Source: Alphaproteobacteria bacterium (GTDB lineage Bacteria > Pseudomonadota > Alphaproteobacteria > SP197). From it: DNA of 64,000 nucleotides. The stretch lies in NCBI GenBank assembly GCA_964291265.2, contig OZ219747.1, positions 4,288,001 through 4,352,000 on the forward strand. Direction: 5' to 3'. Shown piece by piece: positions 61,168 through 64,000 of the stretch; positions within the stretch are counted from its first letter, which is position 1, and every line of letters starts with the position of its first letter. The translations under genes and the position numbers were made by a program. The notes beneath the pieces are model-generated. The model did no database searches and was not told the origin of the DNA. It was given only the letters and a program-made list of their open reading frames with translations.

Positions 61168-63206
61168 TCCCTCGGAATGTCGTGATTCCATGAACGCGAA
61201 CAGACCCGCCGGTGTCCCTCGAAGGCCTCGAGATCGCTGATCACATGCCAGATGTCTGCCGACGATCTGATTTCCATCCGCACCCTGACGCCGACATCCC
61301 AGTCGCCCCGGCTGCGGCGGCTCCACCAGTGCCAGACGGCCCGTGCCGAAAGGGGATCACCCTTCGTGATGCGGTACTCGAACCTGGTGCCGTCGGCGCA
61401 TTCCATGTCGATGGCCTCGAGGCGGCAGACGCCGCCGTCCTCCACCAGACGCATCACCTGTTCGCCGCTCGCGACATCCCGCTCGACCTTCCTCGATGAC
61501 GAGGGAGGCACCAGGATCGTCATGTCGGGAAGCGGCGCCATCTCGGGTTCGCCGAAAACCACCTCCGGATCATCAACGTCCCGCAGTGGGCGGACGGGCA
61601 GCATCAGCCTGCTCCCGGCGCCGCCGGTGAGCGAAAGGGTGAAGGGTTCCGGCGCCGGCCACACGACGGGAAAGTAGCTCGTCGAGATGGCGACCCGAAC
61701 CCGGTGTCCGGCAAGAAAGGCGTGAGCGCAGTCGTTCAGCTTGAGGCGGACCGTTACCGTTTCTCCCGGTGTCATCGGCGATGGTTCCCCATGACCGCGG
61801 ACGTGCGAGAGATTGAGCGCCCCCCACGTCACACGCATGGACTCTCCGGTCGGCGCGACATCGTTGAGCCGCACCACCACCATCGCCTGAGGACGGTCCA
61901 CCGCGACCTCAAGCACGAGTTCCGGCGCCCCGAGGATCTCCAGTCGCTCCTCGAGGGGTTCTCCGTCAAACATGAGCGACACGGCATCGTCCTCCCGCTG
62001 GTCGAGCGGCAGGTCGGGGCTCGAACCGCCAAGCCCGTAGGGGCACCAGCTGCCGGCGGCAACACCGACGGTCTCCGGAGATCGGTGGTCCATGGCAACT
62101 CGCGGACCGGCCGCCATTCCCAGCCCATCGGCATTGAGAAAAAGAGTGCGGACAGTGATGTCGGGTGACGGCCAGGCGGTCTCACTCACCCAGCGTCCCT
62201 TCGACTGCGCCAGGCAGGCGTCCGGCGACTGGAATTCGTCAAGCCAGACGGTCAGTCGAGGTTGATCCGCGAATTCCGGGTCCCCGCCCTTCAGCCAGTG
62301 ATCCCACCAGCGCAGGCCATGTTGAAGGAATCCGGTGGAGGGGCCCGGAATGGCGTCCTGGGGGTACTTGTGGCCCCACGGACCGATGAGTCCTCTGGCC
62401 GGACCGTCAAGATTCTCGAGCATGCGTGGCACGGCATTCGAGTAACCATCGTTCCAGCCCCCCACGGCGTAGACCGCACAATCGATGTCCGACCAGTTCT
62501 CGCAGACCGATCCGTGTTTCCAGTAGGTATCCCGCCGCTGGTGGGCGAGCCACAGGGTGGCGGCGACCGGTTCCTGGTTCTCCAGTCTCTCCAGCCACTG
62601 ATCCCGCCATCTCTCCCCCTGGATCAACGGATCGCCGGAGCGCGCCATGAGCATCAGATAGGCCGAACCCCAGAAGAAGTTCTCGAGCAGTACGCACCCA
62701 CCCATGTAGTGCACATCGTCGCTGTAGCGGTCATCGGTCGAACAGTGGGTGATGATCGCCTTCAGGGCCGGGGGCCGGCGCGCCGCCACCTGCAGGCTGT
62801 TGAAGCCGCCCCACGAGATGCCCGTCATGCCGACACGGCCGCTGCACCAGGGCTGGGCGGCAATCCAGGCGATCGCTTCCACGGCATCGTCCTGTTCCTG
62901 GGGTGCATACTCATCCGCGATGAGACCTTCCGACTCCCCGGTGCCGCGTATGTCGAGCCTCACACAGGCATAGCCGTGCCCCGCCCAGTAACGGTGGCGG
63001 GGATCATCCCAGGCGCGTGTATGATCGCGCTTGCGGTAGGGGATGTACTCGAGAATTGCAGGCACCGGGTTGTCTTCGGCATCGTCGGGCATCCAGATGC
63101 GCGCCGACAGCCGAACCCCGTCGGCCATGGGGATCCAGACATGCTCGATCTCCTTCACATGACACGGGAAATCACTGACGATTCTCGTTGCTGCAGCGTC
63201 GGTCAT
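61158..63206 (-). CDS. CocE/NonD-family serine hydrolase
   Basis: IPYRKRD, DIRGTG.SEG, GISWGG nucleophile elbow, GPWGH. Confidence 0.92.
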   Translation of the reverse strand: MTDAAATRIVSDFPCHVKEIEHVWIPMADGVRLSARIWMPDDAEDNPVPAILEYIPYRKRDHTRAWDDPRHRYWAGHGYACVRLDIRGTGESEGLIADEYAPQEQDDAVEAIAWIAAQPWCSGRVGMTGISWGGFNSLQVAARRPPALKAIITHCSTDDRYSDDVHYMGGCVLLENFFWGSAYLMLMARSGDPLIQGERWRDQWLERLENQEPVAATLWLAHQRRDTYWKHGSVCENWSDIDCAVYAVGGWNDGYSNAVPRMLENLDGPARGLIGPWGHKYPQDAIPGPSTGFLQHGLRWWDHWLKGGDPEFADQPRLTVWLDEFQSPDACLAQSKGRWVSETAWPSPDITVRTLFLNADGLGMAAGPRVAMDHRSPETVGVAAGSWCPYGLGGSSPDLPLDQREDDAVSLMFDGEPLEERLEILGAPELVLEVAVDRPQAMVVVRLNDVAPTGESMRVTWGALNLSHVRGHGEPSPMTPGETVTVRLKLNDCAHAFLAGHRVRVAISTSYFPVVWPAPEPFTLSLTGGAGSRLMLPVRPLRDVDDPEVVFGEPEMAPLPDMTILVPPSSSRKVERDVASGEQVMRLVEDGGVCRLEAIDMECADGTRFEYRITKGDPLSARAVWHWWSRRSRGDWDVGVRVRMEIRSSADIWHVISDLEAFEGHRRVCSRSWNHDIPRDHC

Positions 63207-63228
63207 TTCGCTTCTTCCCCGGGGACGG

Positions 63229-63804
63229 TCATGCCTGGGCTGCGGTTGAACGCGCACCTTCTTCGGTCACGATCCAGTCCAGGCGGACATCATGGGACTG
63301 GCGGGGCACTGCGTCGACCTCAAGGCCGGCATAGCACACACCCACGGCGGTGACCGCCCGGCCAATGCATCTCAGCCCGTGAAGCGTGCGATCGTAGAAC
63401 CCGCCACCATAGCCCAGACGATATCCCCTCGAATCGAATCCCAGCATCGGCACGAGCAGAAGTTGCGGGACAACGGGCGGTGCACCGACGGGCGGGACGG
63501 GAATGTTCCAGACCCCGGGCTCCAGCCTGTCGTCCGGGGTCCAGGACCGAAACGCCAGGGCCCGGTTCCTTGCCACGACCACGGGCATGCCGACCTCGTG
63601 CCCGCCGGCATGGGCTGCCTTGGCAAGCGGCAGGACGTCGAACTCGGAACCGACCGGAATGTAGGCGGATACGGCGGCGCCGACCGGAAATCCGATCGCG
63701 GACAGGAAGTGACGGCACGCCCTCTCGCCGGCATCGACGACGGAGGCATGAAGCCGCTTCCTCATCTCCATGCAGCGCCTTCGCTGCAGCGCCTTCTCGT
63801 CCAT
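63229..63804 (-). CDS. ygfA: 5-formyltetrahydrofolate cyclo-ligase
   Basis: LLVPMLGFD..GYRLGYGGGFYDRTL, HD..LD.IVTE. Confidence 0.93.
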   Translation of the reverse strand: MDEKALQRRRCMEMRKRLHASVVDAGERACRHFLSAIGFPVGAAVSAYIPVGSEFDVLPLAKAAHAGGHEVGMPVVVARNRALAFRSWTPDDRLEPGVWNIPVPPVGAPPVVPQLLLVPMLGFDSRGYRLGYGGGFYDRTLHGLRCIGRAVTAVGVCYAGLEVDAVPRQSHDVRLDWIVTEEGARSTAAQA

Positions 63805-63808
63805 CAGG

Positions 63809-63970
63809 GGCGGCACCACCCGCACCGTCGTCCCATGGGCACTCCTCCGTGGCCTGCGTATGCAGGTGGGCGCCGTGATGACGGAGGCACACCCCCGCCA
63901 GGGACAGCTCCCGGATGATGTGCATTGGCTCCGGGGATTGATGTGACAACCTGCCGGACAGACATCCGCC
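63809..63970 (-). ncRNA. ssrS: 6S RNA
   Basis: Directly upstream of ygfA (conserved linkage); complementary ends GGCGG...GCCGCC; alphaproteobacterial-type core GGGAGCTGTCCCTG...GCCCACCTG; TATAAG -10-like box at 63984-63979. Confidence 0.85.
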
Positions 63971-64000
63971 CCGGTCCCCTTATAGAACCGGTCATCCGCC

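Overview
GC-rich alphaproteobacterial chromosome window, probably Rhodospirillales-like (inferred from gene content and order). Most of it is housekeeping: der-bamB-like-yfgM, guaBA, rlmE, tRNA-Gln, petABC, hemF, sco/PCuAC, cca, a MoxR cluster, apt/mtnP, class I lysS, dinG and 6S RNA-ygfA. Two accessory blocks stand out. (1) A complete type I restriction-modification locus (10.6-18.8 kb) has an HTH-ImmA/IrrE Zn-peptidase plus PIN-like (DUF4411-type) gene pair inserted between hsdS and hsdR, the slot PrrC occupies in EcoprrI. (2) A catabolic cluster with a divergent LysR gene (40-55.6 kb) combines an ABC importer, an ATP-dependent HyuA/HyuB amidohydrolase, two LamB/YcsF (PxpA) paralogues and a four-gene split urea-carboxylase-like biotin enzyme. 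Structure the ORF track does not show: two collapsed IS1634-like remnants with homologous ends (1-342 and 45573-46400), an eroded EamA pseudogene, and a 123-bp tandem duplication joining the 3' part of tRNA-Gln to the 3' end of petC. All family calls come from motif recognition by eye; no database searches were run.
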